Assembly (NCBI GenBank): GCA_013178255.1
Contig: JABLWY010000001.1
Span: forward strand, 364,503-428,502
Origin: Coprothermobacteraceae bacterium
Lineage (GTDB): Bacteria; Coprothermobacterota; Coprothermobacteria; Coprothermobacterales; Coprothermobacteraceae
Length of the DNA: 64,000 bases
Direction: 5' to 3'
Position 1 is the stretch's first letter, and each line of letters starts with the position of its first letter. Shown in pieces: positions 36,538 through 44,966 of this stretch. The notes beneath the pieces were generated by a model, which saw only the letters and a list, made by a program, of their open reading frames with translations, was not told where the DNA came from and did no database searches. Position numbers and translations under genes: made by a program.

Positions 36538-36801
36538 TTAGCCGCGCAGCTCCTTTCCGGGTCTGAACACTACGGTCTTCTTTGCAGGAATCTTGATGGG
36601 CTGTCTGGTCTTGGGGTTGACACCCTTTCTTGCCTTGCGCTCGCGCAGCATGAACTTGCCAAAACCAACCAGTACCACTGGATCGCCCTTCTTCACGGTT
36701 TCAGTCACAACATCCATGAAGGCGTTCAGGAACAGTTCGGCGTCTTTCTTCTTCATTCCGGTTCTCTCAGCGATGGCATCTACCAACTCGGGTTTCGTCA
36801 T
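36538..36801 (-). CDS. hup: DNA-binding protein HU
   Basis: MTKPELVDAIAERTGMKKKDAE…GFGKF…R.AR.GRNP.T motif. Start taken at the MTKPEL Met. Confidence 0.9.
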   Translation of the reverse strand: MTKPELVDAIAERTGMKKKDAELFLNAFMDVVTETVKKGDPVVLVGFGKFMLRERKARKGVNPKTRQPIKIPAKKTVVFRPGKELRG

Positions 36802-36945
36802 ACGCTCCACACCTCCCACTTGATTTATTGAGGGTTATGCAACGCCCCCATGAACCTATTATATAACTAATTTTCTTAGCGTGTCAATAGGTTCGCCAAA
36901 ATGAGGGGTATGAGCAGGGGGTGCATATCACTGTAAAAACGTCGG

Positions 36946-37908
36946 TCAGTCAGAATCTTCGTCAGAAACAAACAGGGAAGCGTCTAAAGGCTCACTGAAC
37001 CTAGACCATTTTAGTCCTTTTGACCTAGCGTCTCGGTATATGCCTTGTGCGTGGTCTAGATATGCATCAGTACGGTCTGCCAAGTAAACCAGTAGCGCTT
37101 CCAAGGTTTGGGGTCTGACCGGGGATCCCCATTCTCGCTCCCCGTGGTGGCTGAGCACTATGTGAAGAAGGCTCTGTCTCAAGAATGGATTGAGCCCAAC
37201 GTCTTCGGCGAACCTGTCCAGCAGCAGGGCACCATACGCTATGTGGCCGAGCAGTTTTCCACCGACGGTGTAATCTCCACCGGGTCTGCTTTGTTCCTCC
37301 ACCTTGCCTATGTCGTGCAGCAAGGCTCCAGCCAAAGCCAAATCTTTGTCAATTTCCGGGTACAAATCCGCAGTGCGCTCCACGATCATAGCTACGTGCA
37401 GAGAATGTTCCATGAGTCCACCGATTCGGGCATGATGTATGCTCTTTGCAGCGGGCTTCTTTACAAACTGTTGCCACAGCCTTTCGAGCAGCACATACTC
37501 CACAAAAAGCCTTAGTTCCTCGTCCTTGATCCTGCTAACGGCACGCCGCAGTTCTTCCTTGAGCGCCTCTATGTTCTCCACCGAGGGGTAAAGCTGCGCG
37601 AGTGTATCTTCGTCTAGCGAACTGGGGTCCACCTTCTCAATCCTGTGAATGTATATCGTAGCTTCAGAGTTGAATTCACCAACGTTGCCGGAACAATAGA
37701 CCAAATCGCCGCTTTCAATGGCGAAGAGTTCACCTTCGCCGAGCTCGTAGAACCCCCTTACGCTTCCCCTAGCGTCCACTAGTACGAGGTTCACGTAGGG
37801 TGCACCGTTTTTCTTCTTAGAACCAAAGGACTTCTGCTGTACTACGAACAGATCCGCTACGTCTTGCATTCCTGGTCTTAGTTCTGTGGCGAACAGTTTT
37901 TTGAGCAT
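36946..37908 (-). CDS. yhaM: 3'-5' exoribonuclease YhaM-like (OB-fold plus HD domain)
   Basis: HD motif ADLYPEIDKDLALAGALLHDIGKV and IVLSHHGEREWGSPVRP closely parallel Bacillus YhaM. Start at the Met of MLKKLF, giving a TGATG overlap with the upstream gene. Confidence 0.8.
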   Translation of the reverse strand: MLKKLFATELRPGMQDVADLFVVQQKSFGSKKKNGAPYVNLVLVDARGSVRGFYELGEGELFAIESGDLVYCSGNVGEFNSEATIYIHRIEKVDPSSLDEDTLAQLYPSVENIEALKEELRRAVSRIKDEELRLFVEYVLLERLWQQFVKKPAAKSIHHARIGGLMEHSLHVAMIVERTADLYPEIDKDLALAGALLHDIGKVEEQSRPGGDYTVGGKLLGHIAYGALLLDRFAEDVGLNPFLRQSLLHIVLSHHGEREWGSPVRPQTLEALLVYLADRTDAYLDHAQGIYRDARSKGLKWSRFSEPLDASLFVSDEDSD

Positions 37909-38462
37909 CAGTGGTTCACCACGCTTCTCCATGTCACGCGTTCGGCTAACTCCTCTAGCTGTTGAAGCCTGAAGAACGCTTCCCAAAGGTCTTCTCCTGC
38001 CAGAAGCAGGCCAAAGCCGTCAGTAATCAGAGCCACACCAACTTCGAAGATGTTGCGTATCTGCTCTATCCAATCCTCGGGGTCCACTGGTGGGCTTCCC
38101 ACGACCTGCAGCTTTTGGAATATCATGTTGGGGTCCACGTTTTCCGCTAGAGGGACTCTTCCCAAGGCCAGGTTTACAAGACTGCCCGGGTATGAGTGAA
38201 TCAGCGCATTTACCCGTTCCCACTCTCGGTATATATCTAGGTGGATCATGAGTTCCTCGCCAGGCTCGCCGCGCAGCACGGTTCCATCCAGAAGCATTTC
38301 CACCACGTCTTCTTCGTAGATGAACGGGTCTTTCCTGCCCACCACAGCAAAAATGTGGTTATCCGGAAGCCTCACCGAAACGGTGGTGCTGCCGCTAGTC
38401 CCGAGTATGGCGCTGTTTATTGCGCGGGCAACGGAAAGCAGGTCCCTGAATTCTGCGTTCAT
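37908..38462 (-). CDS. Class II aldolase/adducin-fold protein (lacks the canonical zinc-binding His triad)
   Basis: Pattern ELMIHLDIYREWERVNALIHSYPGSLVNLA matches the aldolase-II core (…FH….Y…P…AVVHNH…). However the HxH and QHHG metal ligands are replaced (IHSYPG, ITDGFG). 4 nt overlap with udk. Confidence 0.5.
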   Translation of the reverse strand: MNAEFRDLLSVARAINSAILGTSGSTTVSVRLPDNHIFAVVGRKDPFIYEEDVVEMLLDGTVLRGEPGEELMIHLDIYREWERVNALIHSYPGSLVNLALGRVPLAENVDPNMIFQKLQVVGSPPVDPEDWIEQIRNIFEVGVALITDGFGLLLAGEDLWEAFFRLQQLEELAERVTWRSVVNH

Positions 38463-39109
38463 AGTTCTTCACTGTGCCTCTCGTTCAAATCCATGAGCAG
38501 TGCATGTATCTTTGCCTTTATTATGTCCATAGCTACGACGTTCTTCCCGCCCTCGGGGATAATCAGATCGGCAAACCTCTTTGTGGGCTCCACGAATTGT
38601 ATGTGCATGGGCCTTACTGTTTCCAAGTACTGTTTGACTACTGAATCCAAAGTGCGTCCACGTTTTTCCACGTCTCTCTTTATTCTGCGCAGTATTCTTA
38701 CGTCAGCGTCCGTATCCACAAAAATCTTTATGTCGAATAGTTGACGAATGCGCTCATCATAGAACAGCAGTATGCCTTCTACTATGATTACAGGCTTAGG
38801 GCACACGATCTCGTAATTACCAGTCCGCCCATACAGCTCGAAGGAGTATTCGGGTACCTGCACGCACTGCCCCGCTGTTAAGGTCCTCAGGTGTTCGTAC
38901 AAGAGGTCGAAGTCGAACGCATCGGGATGGTCATAGTTTAGCAGTCTTCTCTGCTCCAAAGGCAGGTCAGGGAAGTCCTTGTAGTACGAGTCCATGGAGA
39001 GGGTGCTTACACTGTCTTCTGGGACCATGGATCTTAGGTTCTTGGCCACGGTAGTCTTTCCAGAACCCGTGCCGCCTGATATACCTATTAGCACGTACTT
39101 CTTCTGCAC
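38459..39109 (-). CDS. udk: Uridine kinase
   Basis: IGISGGTGSGKTT Walker A; VDTDADVRILRRIKRDVEKRGR; PMHIQFVEPTKRFADLIIPEGG. The ORF from 39301 was trimmed to a GTG start, because the longer form would overlap the divergent aminopeptidase gene. Confidence 0.8.
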   Translation of the reverse strand: MQKKYVLIGISGGTGSGKTTVAKNLRSMVPEDSVSTLSMDSYYKDFPDLPLEQRRLLNYDHPDAFDFDLLYEHLRTLTAGQCVQVPEYSFELYGRTGNYEIVCPKPVIIVEGILLFYDERIRQLFDIKIFVDTDADVRILRRIKRDVEKRGRTLDSVVKQYLETVRPMHIQFVEPTKRFADLIIPEGGKNVVAMDIIKAKIHALLMDLNERHSEEL

Positions 39110-39212
39110 GCAGAGTATTATAGCAAAGGGGTTACGTCGCCAATATGCCGTGGTCTTTGCGGTTATCAGTAGCGTAACAATGTTAAACTTCAAGGAGAAT
39201 GGAGGTGCAGGA

Positions 39213-40614
39213 ATGGCTTTTGAGGATCTGATGATCAACTGGAAAAACGGCCACCTCAAGGTGGATGCTGAGGTCAAGAGTGCTATCGAGGGGTTTGCCA
39301 AGGACTACATGGAGTTCATTGGGCGTTCCAAGACAGAGAGAGAATCTGTGGATGAATCAGTGAATTTGGCGGTCCGGCAAGGCTTTGTTAGGGTTGCTGA
39401 GCTTCAGGCTTGGGAAAGTGGCGCCAAAGTATACTGCGTTAACCGTGGTAAGAGTGCCATCTTTGCCGTACTAGGTAAGAAGCCAGCTACCGAGGGCGTG
39501 AACATAGTTGTGGCTCACGTAGACGCCCCCGAGGCTTGACCTGAAGCCGAGGCCCATCAAAGAGGACGAGCAAATCGCAATATTGGAAACCCACTACTAT
39601 GGAGGTATTAAGAACTTCCAATGGGTGTCTACCCCGCTCGCCCTACACGGTGTCGTAGCAAAGACTGACGGTACCGTGGTCAAGATTGCCATAGGTGAGA
39701 AAGACGACGATCCCGTATTTGTAATTCCTGACATACTCCCACATTTGGGACGCAAGATCCAAATGAGTAAGAGCATGGATGAGGCCATCCCGGGTGAGTC
39801 ATTGGACGTCATAGTGGGCTCAGAGCCTCTAAAGGACGAGGAGAAAGAGCCTGTAAAGAAACACATATTAAAACTGCTCAACGACATGTACGGCATCACT
39901 GAGGCCGACTTCTTATCGGCTGAATTGGAAATAGTCCCTGCCCTCAAGCCTCGGGAAGTAGGCTTGGACAGGGCTTTGATAGGGGCATACGGCCAAGATG
40001 ACCGAGTGTGTGCGTACACTGCGCTAAGAGCCCTGTTTGACCTCGATGAGGTGCCAGAGAAGACGGCTGTCGTGATAATAGCTGACAAAGAGGAAATTGG
40101 TTCTGTTGGGAACACGGGTATGGAATCAGCTTTCGTTGATCGCTTCATGAGCAAGCTGCTATCTTTGAGCAAGCCACAGTTTACTCCTTTGGACTTACAT
40201 ATGGCTTGGAATAAGACTCAGGTTCTGTCAGCTGACGTTACGGCTGCCGTAGATCCAATTTGGAAGAGCGTGCACGAGATGCAGAATGCTGCTCGTTTGC
40301 ACTACGGCCCTGTTATCACTAAGTACACGGGCAGCAGAGGCAAGTACAGTGCCAACGACGCCCACGCAGAATTCGTGGCAAAAGTAAGGAACGTGCTGGA
40401 CGCAGAAGGCGTAATATGGCAGATGGCAGAGTTGGGCAAGGTTGACGAGGGTGGTGGCGGTACAGTGGCTCTCTTCATGGCTAATAGAGGTGCTGATGTG
40501 GTAGATATAGGAGTCGCCCTTCTCGGCATGCACTCGCTGTTCGAGATTTCAAGTAAGTTGGACGTCTACTTTACCTATAAGGCTGACTTAGCGTTCTTTA
40601 AGAGGATGGCCTAA
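39213..40614 (+). pseudogene. M18-family aminopeptidase (aspartyl aminopeptidase-like), disrupted by a +1 frameshift in a C5 homopolymer at 39526-39530
   Basis: Frame 0 (39213-39539) ends …NIVVAHVDAPEA*. Frame +1 continues from 39532 with RLDLKPRPIKEDEQIAILETHYYGG… Joined, the two give the M18 consensus (HTDSP.LRLKP … YGG…W.DR.L). Downstream M18 motifs are present (IADKEEIGSVG, EGGGGTVALF…VDIGVALLGMHSLFE). Removing one C restores a protein of about 467 aa. Confidence 0.8.
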
Positions 40615-40616
40615 GT

Positions 40617-40646
40617 AAAAAGGGGGGCCCTTAGGGCCCCCTTTTT
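40617..40646. terminator. Bidirectional intrinsic terminator (A5-GGGGGCCC-UUA-GGGCCCCC-U5) between the aminopeptidase gene and the convergent marR gene
   Basis: 8 bp G/C stem flanked by an A-tract and a T-tract. Confidence 0.8.
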
Positions 40647-41073
40647 AAAACTTCAAAGACTCTCGTATAACTCTTATGGCGTCAAGAAGTTTGTCCCGCT
40701 GTGTGGGGCTGAGTTCTTCCAATCTATTGCTAAGGACCTTCAGGAAACACTCTTTGCTATTGGCTAATACCTCTTGTCCTTCTGGCGTGACTTCCACGAG
40801 CACAAGCCTGCGGTCTCTCTCTTCGTCTTTAAAGCGCCTAACGTAACCCTTCTCCACTAAACGGTCCACGTGCGGAGTCAAGCCACCCATGGTGACCACC
40901 AAAGATTCGGCTAGATCGGACATCTTGCATGGTCCAATCCGCGAAAGCTCATCCAGGATCTTTATGTCAGTAAGGCCCAACACTACTTCTTCAAGAGAGC
41001 CACCCAACAGCCTCTTGAAGCGCCTTGGTAACTGCATGTACAGGTCAAACAGTTCTTTAGACAAATCCTTCAT
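40645..41073 (-). CDS. MarR-family transcriptional regulator
   Basis: 142 aa with a winged-HTH MarR pattern (…LTPTQRDKLL…/…ILDELSRIGPCKMSDLAESLVVTMGGLTPHVDRLVEKGYVRR). Confidence 0.8.
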   Translation of the reverse strand: MKDLSKELFDLYMQLPRRFKRLLGGSLEEVVLGLTDIKILDELSRIGPCKMSDLAESLVVTMGGLTPHVDRLVEKGYVRRFKDEERDRRLVLVEVTPEGQEVLANSKECFLKVLSNRLEELSPTQRDKLLDAIRVIRESLKF

Positions 41074-41105
41074 AAGCCTTATTATAACCTCTCCAAATGT
41101 TTAAC

Positions 41106-41627
41106 TTAGTCTATGAATTGGATCTGAGCACTCCACGTTTTACGTCTCGGCGTGGCTGGTTTCTCGTCAGGATAACCTAAGGGCACCAGTGCTATGGGCT
41201 GCAAGTGATCGGGTAGCCGCAGCAACTCTTTAACTTGTTGCTCTTCAAAACTACCAATCCAGCAACTACCGATGCCCTCAGCCCAAGCAGCTAACATCAG
41301 GTTTTGAACCGCAGCACTGACATCGCAGATGCTATAGAGATTCTTCCCGCGCACCCCGTATGCGCTTTTCATGGCCTCCAAATCACTGCAAGCTACCACC
41401 ACTACAGGAGCTTGGCCTACGAAATCCTGCCCATGGGCAGCTTCTGCTAGGAGTCTGCGCATCTCCGCGTTCCTAACCACAAAGAACTTACGAGCTTGCA
41501 GGTTGCCAGCAGTGGGCGCCCACAGGGCGGCGTCCAAGATTTTTCGCAGTATGTCTTCTGGGATTTGGTCGGGCTTGAATGACCGGACGCTTCTCCGCTC
41601 TGCTATTATCTGAAAAATGTCCCTCAT
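41106..41627 (-). CDS. Nitroreductase-family protein
   Basis: AERRSVRSF…ILDAALWAPTAGNLQ N-terminal nitroreductase signature. 173 aa. Confidence 0.8.
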   Translation of the reverse strand: MRDIFQIIAERRSVRSFKPDQIPEDILRKILDAALWAPTAGNLQARKFFVVRNAEMRRLLAEAAHGQDFVGQAPVVVVACSDLEAMKSAYGVRGKNLYSICDVSAAVQNLMLAAWAEGIGSCWIGSFEEQQVKELLRLPDHLQPIALVPLGYPDEKPATPRRKTWSAQIQFID

Positions 41628-41696
41628 ATGCCTTAGTGTAGCATAATTGTGCTTGGCATACTACGATGGGCAAGCGGTTAATAACCAATATAGGAG

Positions 41697-42044
41697 GTGA
41701 TGGTTGTGGAGCGAAAGAAGGTGCTCATCATCATATCCTCCCGCGACAAAAGCGTGATAACAGCTGGGCTTTTAATGGCTCTAGCCTCCAAAAGGCAAGG
41801 GCTTTATGAGGACATCAAGGTTCACTTCTTTGGTCCCAGCCAAAGAGTAGCTGTTGAAGATGAAGAAGTGCAGCAGTACATAGCTGATCTGATCAAAGAG
41901 GGTATTAACCCGCTGGCTTGTGAAGCCATCAGCCGACAATTCGACCTAACCGTGCAGCTGCACGACATGGGTTTTGACATAGTCCAAATACCAGTCGAAA
42001 TAAGCAGGCTTGTCAATCAGGGGTACGTACCCATGGTGTTCTGA
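41697..42044 (+). CDS. DsrE/DsrF-like family protein
   Basis: 115 aa with the Rossmann-like DsrE pattern (KVLIIISSRD…AGLLMALA…VHFFGPS) and a conserved Cys (PLACEA). Confidence 0.5.
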   Translation: MMVVERKKVLIIISSRDKSVITAGLLMALASKRQGLYEDIKVHFFGPSQRVAVEDEEVQQYIADLIKEGINPLACEAISRQFDLTVQLHDMGFDIVQIPVEISRLVNQGYVPMVF

Positions 42045-42056
42045 GGAGGTGCGAAT

Positions 42057-42710
42057 ATGCGTATCGAAGAATTGGAAGAGATTATCAAGACCAGACGTTC
42101 CATCCGCTACTGGGAAGAGCGAGATGTGCCAGATGAGGTGCTTCGCAAAGCCATAGAATTAGCATGTTACGCGCCCAGCGGGATGAACTACCAGGGCTGG
42201 AAATTCAAAGTTATAAAAAACAAAGGACTCATAGGACAAATCGCAGACGCGGTGCGACACCGTGTTCAAATGATGGTCAGTTGGCCAGAGTCCAAAGAAC
42301 ACATAACTGAACCTTCGAGAGCTGTGGAAAGGTCTGATTTTTTCAGGAAGGCTCCTGTCCTTATTGCTGTCTACTCTCAGCAATATCCTTCGACTAGAGA
42401 CGAGATTTTGCAAAAGAGGATGCAGCACGACCCTGAGGCTGTCAAGATGAAGCATTGGTCAGAAGTAGCCAACAGCAGGATACAATCGGTCGCTGCTGCT
42501 ATAGCTTATCTGCTATTAGCTCTCCACGCTCAAGGCGTCGGGGCCGTTTGGATGACTGGGCCTGTTCAAGCCAAGGAAGAAATAGAGAATTTGATTGGCA
42601 AACATCCAGGTTACGATGTTGTGGCGTTAATAGCTGCCGGGTATCCTGCCGAGACGCCTTCGCCCAAGAAGGTCAAAGCCGTCGAAGAAGTGGCCGAGTT
42701 TCTGTATTAA
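42057..42710 (+). CDS. Nitroreductase-family protein
   Basis: TRRSIRYW…LACYAPSGMNYQGWKF…. Confidence 0.75.
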   Translation: MRIEELEEIIKTRRSIRYWEERDVPDEVLRKAIELACYAPSGMNYQGWKFKVIKNKGLIGQIADAVRHRVQMMVSWPESKEHITEPSRAVERSDFFRKAPVLIAVYSQQYPSTRDEILQKRMQHDPEAVKMKHWSEVANSRIQSVAAAIAYLLLALHAQGVGAVWMTGPVQAKEEIENLIGKHPGYDVVALIAAGYPAETPSPKKVKAVEEVAEFLY

Positions 42711-42719
42711 ACTAGAATT

Positions 42720-42953
42720 ATGAAGGTCAAAGTGTTTGGTCACCTTAGGCACCTGCTTGGTGTCCCCGAACAAGGGATCGAGGTGTTGTTGGACGAGCCT
42801 GTGAGCCTGCAGGAACTAGTGAACAGGCTCTGGAATTTGCCTTTCACGTTGTTTGTCGGAGCCAAAGTGGGCGACATCAAAGTTTCCGGAGACTACGTAG
42901 TTACGGGGCAAGAGGACGAGATAGTCTTGTTGTCCCCAGTGGGTGGCGGTTGA
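42720..42953 (+). CDS. MoaD/ThiS-like ubiquitin-fold protein ending in Gly-Gly-Gly
   Basis: 77 aa: MKVKVFGHLRHLLG…VGAKVGDIKVSGDYVVTGQEDEIVLLSPVGGG. Beta-grasp sulfur-carrier pattern with a C-terminal GG(G). Confidence 0.55.
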   Translation: MKVKVFGHLRHLLGVPEQGIEVLLDEPVSLQELVNRLWNLPFTLFVGAKVGDIKVSGDYVVTGQEDEIVLLSPVGGG

Positions 42954-43688
42954 GTGAGGGGGCGTGTCATATTTGACCAATGCAGGGACGGCGCCCTAAA
43001 CATGGCGCTGGATTACCTGTTCTTGACCCAGCTTGAAGAAAGAGAAGGAATAGTCGTAAGGTTCTATCAGTGGTGCCCAGCCACCATTTCTATCGGCGTT
43101 TTCCAAGATTGGGATCGACCGGCTCCGTATCCAGTAGTGCGGAGGCCTACGGGTGGCAAAGCAGTTCTGCACAAGGGAGACTTGAGTTACTCGGTGGTGG
43201 CTCCACTATCAGGTTTTGGAACGAGCGTCATGGAGACCTACAAGCTGCTTTCGACGGCGCTCATACAAGGTTTGGCGCTGTTGGGCGTTGACGCAGGGTT
43301 CTTACCTGCACCGTTGCCCTCAAAGAGTGATCCTGAGGGGTGTTTCGTACACCCATCGGGCCACGAAGTAGGTATTGCGAACAGGAAACTGATTGGCTCT
43401 GCCCAGGTTAGGAAACCCTGGGGGTTCCTGCAGCACGGGGCTATCCTCATGGAACCCATATACGCTGAATTAGCCGACCTCTTTGGCACTCCTGTGGAGG
43501 AGCTGCGAAAACATACTATTACCCTAAAAGAGGTGGCACCTGACGTAACGGCAGGTCTTCTCGCCCAGGCACTCAGAGACGGTTTTCAGGAAGTCTTGGA
43601 TGTGGAGCTCGAGGACATACCGCTGACCGAAGAAGAGCTTAGGGAGGCAGCCAAACTAGCGCCAAAGTTCATGGTGACGTCAGCATGA
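42954..43688 (+). CDS. Lipoate-protein ligase A family catalytic-domain protein (BPL/LPL catalytic domain only)
   Basis: LplA/LipM motifs RRPTGGKAVLHKGDLSYSVV and (catalytic Lys) IANRKLIGSAQV. At 244 aa it has no C-terminal accessory domain. Its start abuts the stop of the MoaD-like gene. Confidence 0.75.
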   Translation: MRGRVIFDQCRDGALNMALDYLFLTQLEEREGIVVRFYQWCPATISIGVFQDWDRPAPYPVVRRPTGGKAVLHKGDLSYSVVAPLSGFGTSVMETYKLLSTALIQGLALLGVDAGFLPAPLPSKSDPEGCFVHPSGHEVGIANRKLIGSAQVRKPWGFLQHGAILMEPIYAELADLFGTPVEELRKHTITLKEVAPDVTAGLLAQALRDGFQEVLDVELEDIPLTEEELREAAKLAPKFMVTSA

Positions 43689-44293
43689 GCTTTCGCGTCA
43701 TTGATCTCAGCGTTACGTTAGGCCCTGACACTCCGGTATACCCTGGTGACCCAAAAGTGGAAATGGAATTGTGGCAAGACGTCGAGGCAGGGAGGGTGGA
43801 GCGGTTGGTTATGGGCACGCATGCCGGCACCCACGTGGATTTCCCGCTACATGTATCACCCAAGGGAGCATCAGCTGACGTGGTCGAACCTAGCAGGCTT
43901 GTTTCCAGAGCGCTGTTCCTCGACGTTTCGGGCCTTAGCGCCTCAGAACGTACGGTTGCTATACGGCAGATGGCCGATCGGTTGCTGAATAAGGGGCTCA
44001 TTCTCAAAACCCACGACAGTTTTGGTCATCACAGCGCTCAATTGGCAGAAACCCATGCCACTGCTATAGCAGAGGCTGGCGTTGTGCTGTTGGCAGTGGA
44101 CGCTCTGAGCGTAGAGGACGATGGGCTTTTGCCCGTGCATCGATTTCTGTTGAGCCGTGGCATTTACATAGTTGAAGGCCTATGTAACCTCGACCGGCTG
44201 CGCCATGGTTGCGAATATCTTCTCTTCGTCGGTGCCCTGAAGTTAGCGGGTGCCGGCGGTGCGCCTGCCAGGGTCTTAGCTGTGGAGCTATGA
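43685..44293 (+). CDS. Putative cyclase / arylformamidase-family protein
   Basis: …VYPGDP…GTHAGTHVDFPLH… signature of the cyclase (kynurenine formamidase-like) family. Confidence 0.7.
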   Translation: MSFRVIDLSVTLGPDTPVYPGDPKVEMELWQDVEAGRVERLVMGTHAGTHVDFPLHVSPKGASADVVEPSRLVSRALFLDVSGLSASERTVAIRQMADRLLNKGLILKTHDSFGHHSAQLAETHATAIAEAGVVLLAVDALSVEDDGLLPVHRFLLSRGIYIVEGLCNLDRLRHGCEYLLFVGALKLAGAGGAPARVLAVEL

Positions 44294-44943
44294 AACTAGC
44301 CCGAACAATTCCGGCTACTGTCTTGGCTAGGGAGAAGCGTTTTCGCCTATTAACTAACATCGACGGAGAAAGACATTGGTGCTACTTACCGAATCCGGGC
44401 CGTCTCCAAGAATTAGTCTTTCCAGGTGCTACTGTCTGGGTACGTAGCGTAGATTCTGCACATCGCAAGCTTCAGTGGGAAGCTGTACTTGGTTACGACG
44501 GCGTTCTTGTTTCTCTGCATGCTGCTTTGGCTAACGCTCTTCTTGTTGAAGCGGCTCACCTGTTGGGCATTGGCGGCTCGTGGAGTAGAGAGGTGGTATC
44601 AGGTTCTAGCAGGTTCGATTTTTCATTTGACGGACGCTTGGTTGAGGTGAAGTCGGTGACTTTAGTACAGCAGGGCTTGGGTTTGTTTCCGGACGCTCCT
44701 ACAACACGCGGGGCCAAACACATGCGCGAATTAGCTGAGAAGGGTAAAGGTCTTGTCGTATTCGTGGTCCAACGGCCAGACGCCGAGGCTGTCACCTTCA
44801 ACGCTGCTTTGGACCCCGATTTCGCAGCGGCTGCTATGACTGCCTATCGACGAGGTGTGGAGTTCAGGGCCTTCAATTGCAAGGTAAGCCTAGAGGAGAT
44901 AGAACCTTGGCGCGAGATACCCGTCATAATACCTCAATACTAG
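44290..44943 (+). CDS. sfsA: Sugar fermentation stimulation protein SfsA homologue
   Basis: …FPDAPTTRGAKHMRELAE…VVFVVQRPDA… matches the SfsA family. ATGA overlap with the cyclase gene. Confidence 0.8.
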   Translation: MKLARTIPATVLAREKRFRLLTNIDGERHWCYLPNPGRLQELVFPGATVWVRSVDSAHRKLQWEAVLGYDGVLVSLHAALANALLVEAAHLLGIGGSWSREVVSGSSRFDFSFDGRLVEVKSVTLVQQGLGLFPDAPTTRGAKHMRELAEKGKGLVVFVVQRPDAEAVTFNAALDPDFAAAAMTAYRRGVEFRAFNCKVSLEEIEPWREIPVIIPQY

Positions 44944-44966
44944 ATGCGGCAAGCAGCATTGAGGAT

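Noticed and set aside
38459-39301. Long form (280 aa) of the uridine kinase ORF
   Set aside because: The extra 64 N-terminal residues have no counterpart in uridine kinases. The long form would run through the divergent promoter and the first 30 codons of the aminopeptidase gene. A GTG start at 39109 gives a standard 216 aa Udk.
38994-39539. Tool ORF of 181 aa on the plus strand, and the separate tool ORF at 39583..40614
   Set aside because: These are not two genes. The first ORF's 5' 219 nt are out-of-context read-through upstream of the real ATG at 39213. The two ORFs are the halves of one frameshifted M18 aminopeptidase gene, reported above as a pseudogene.
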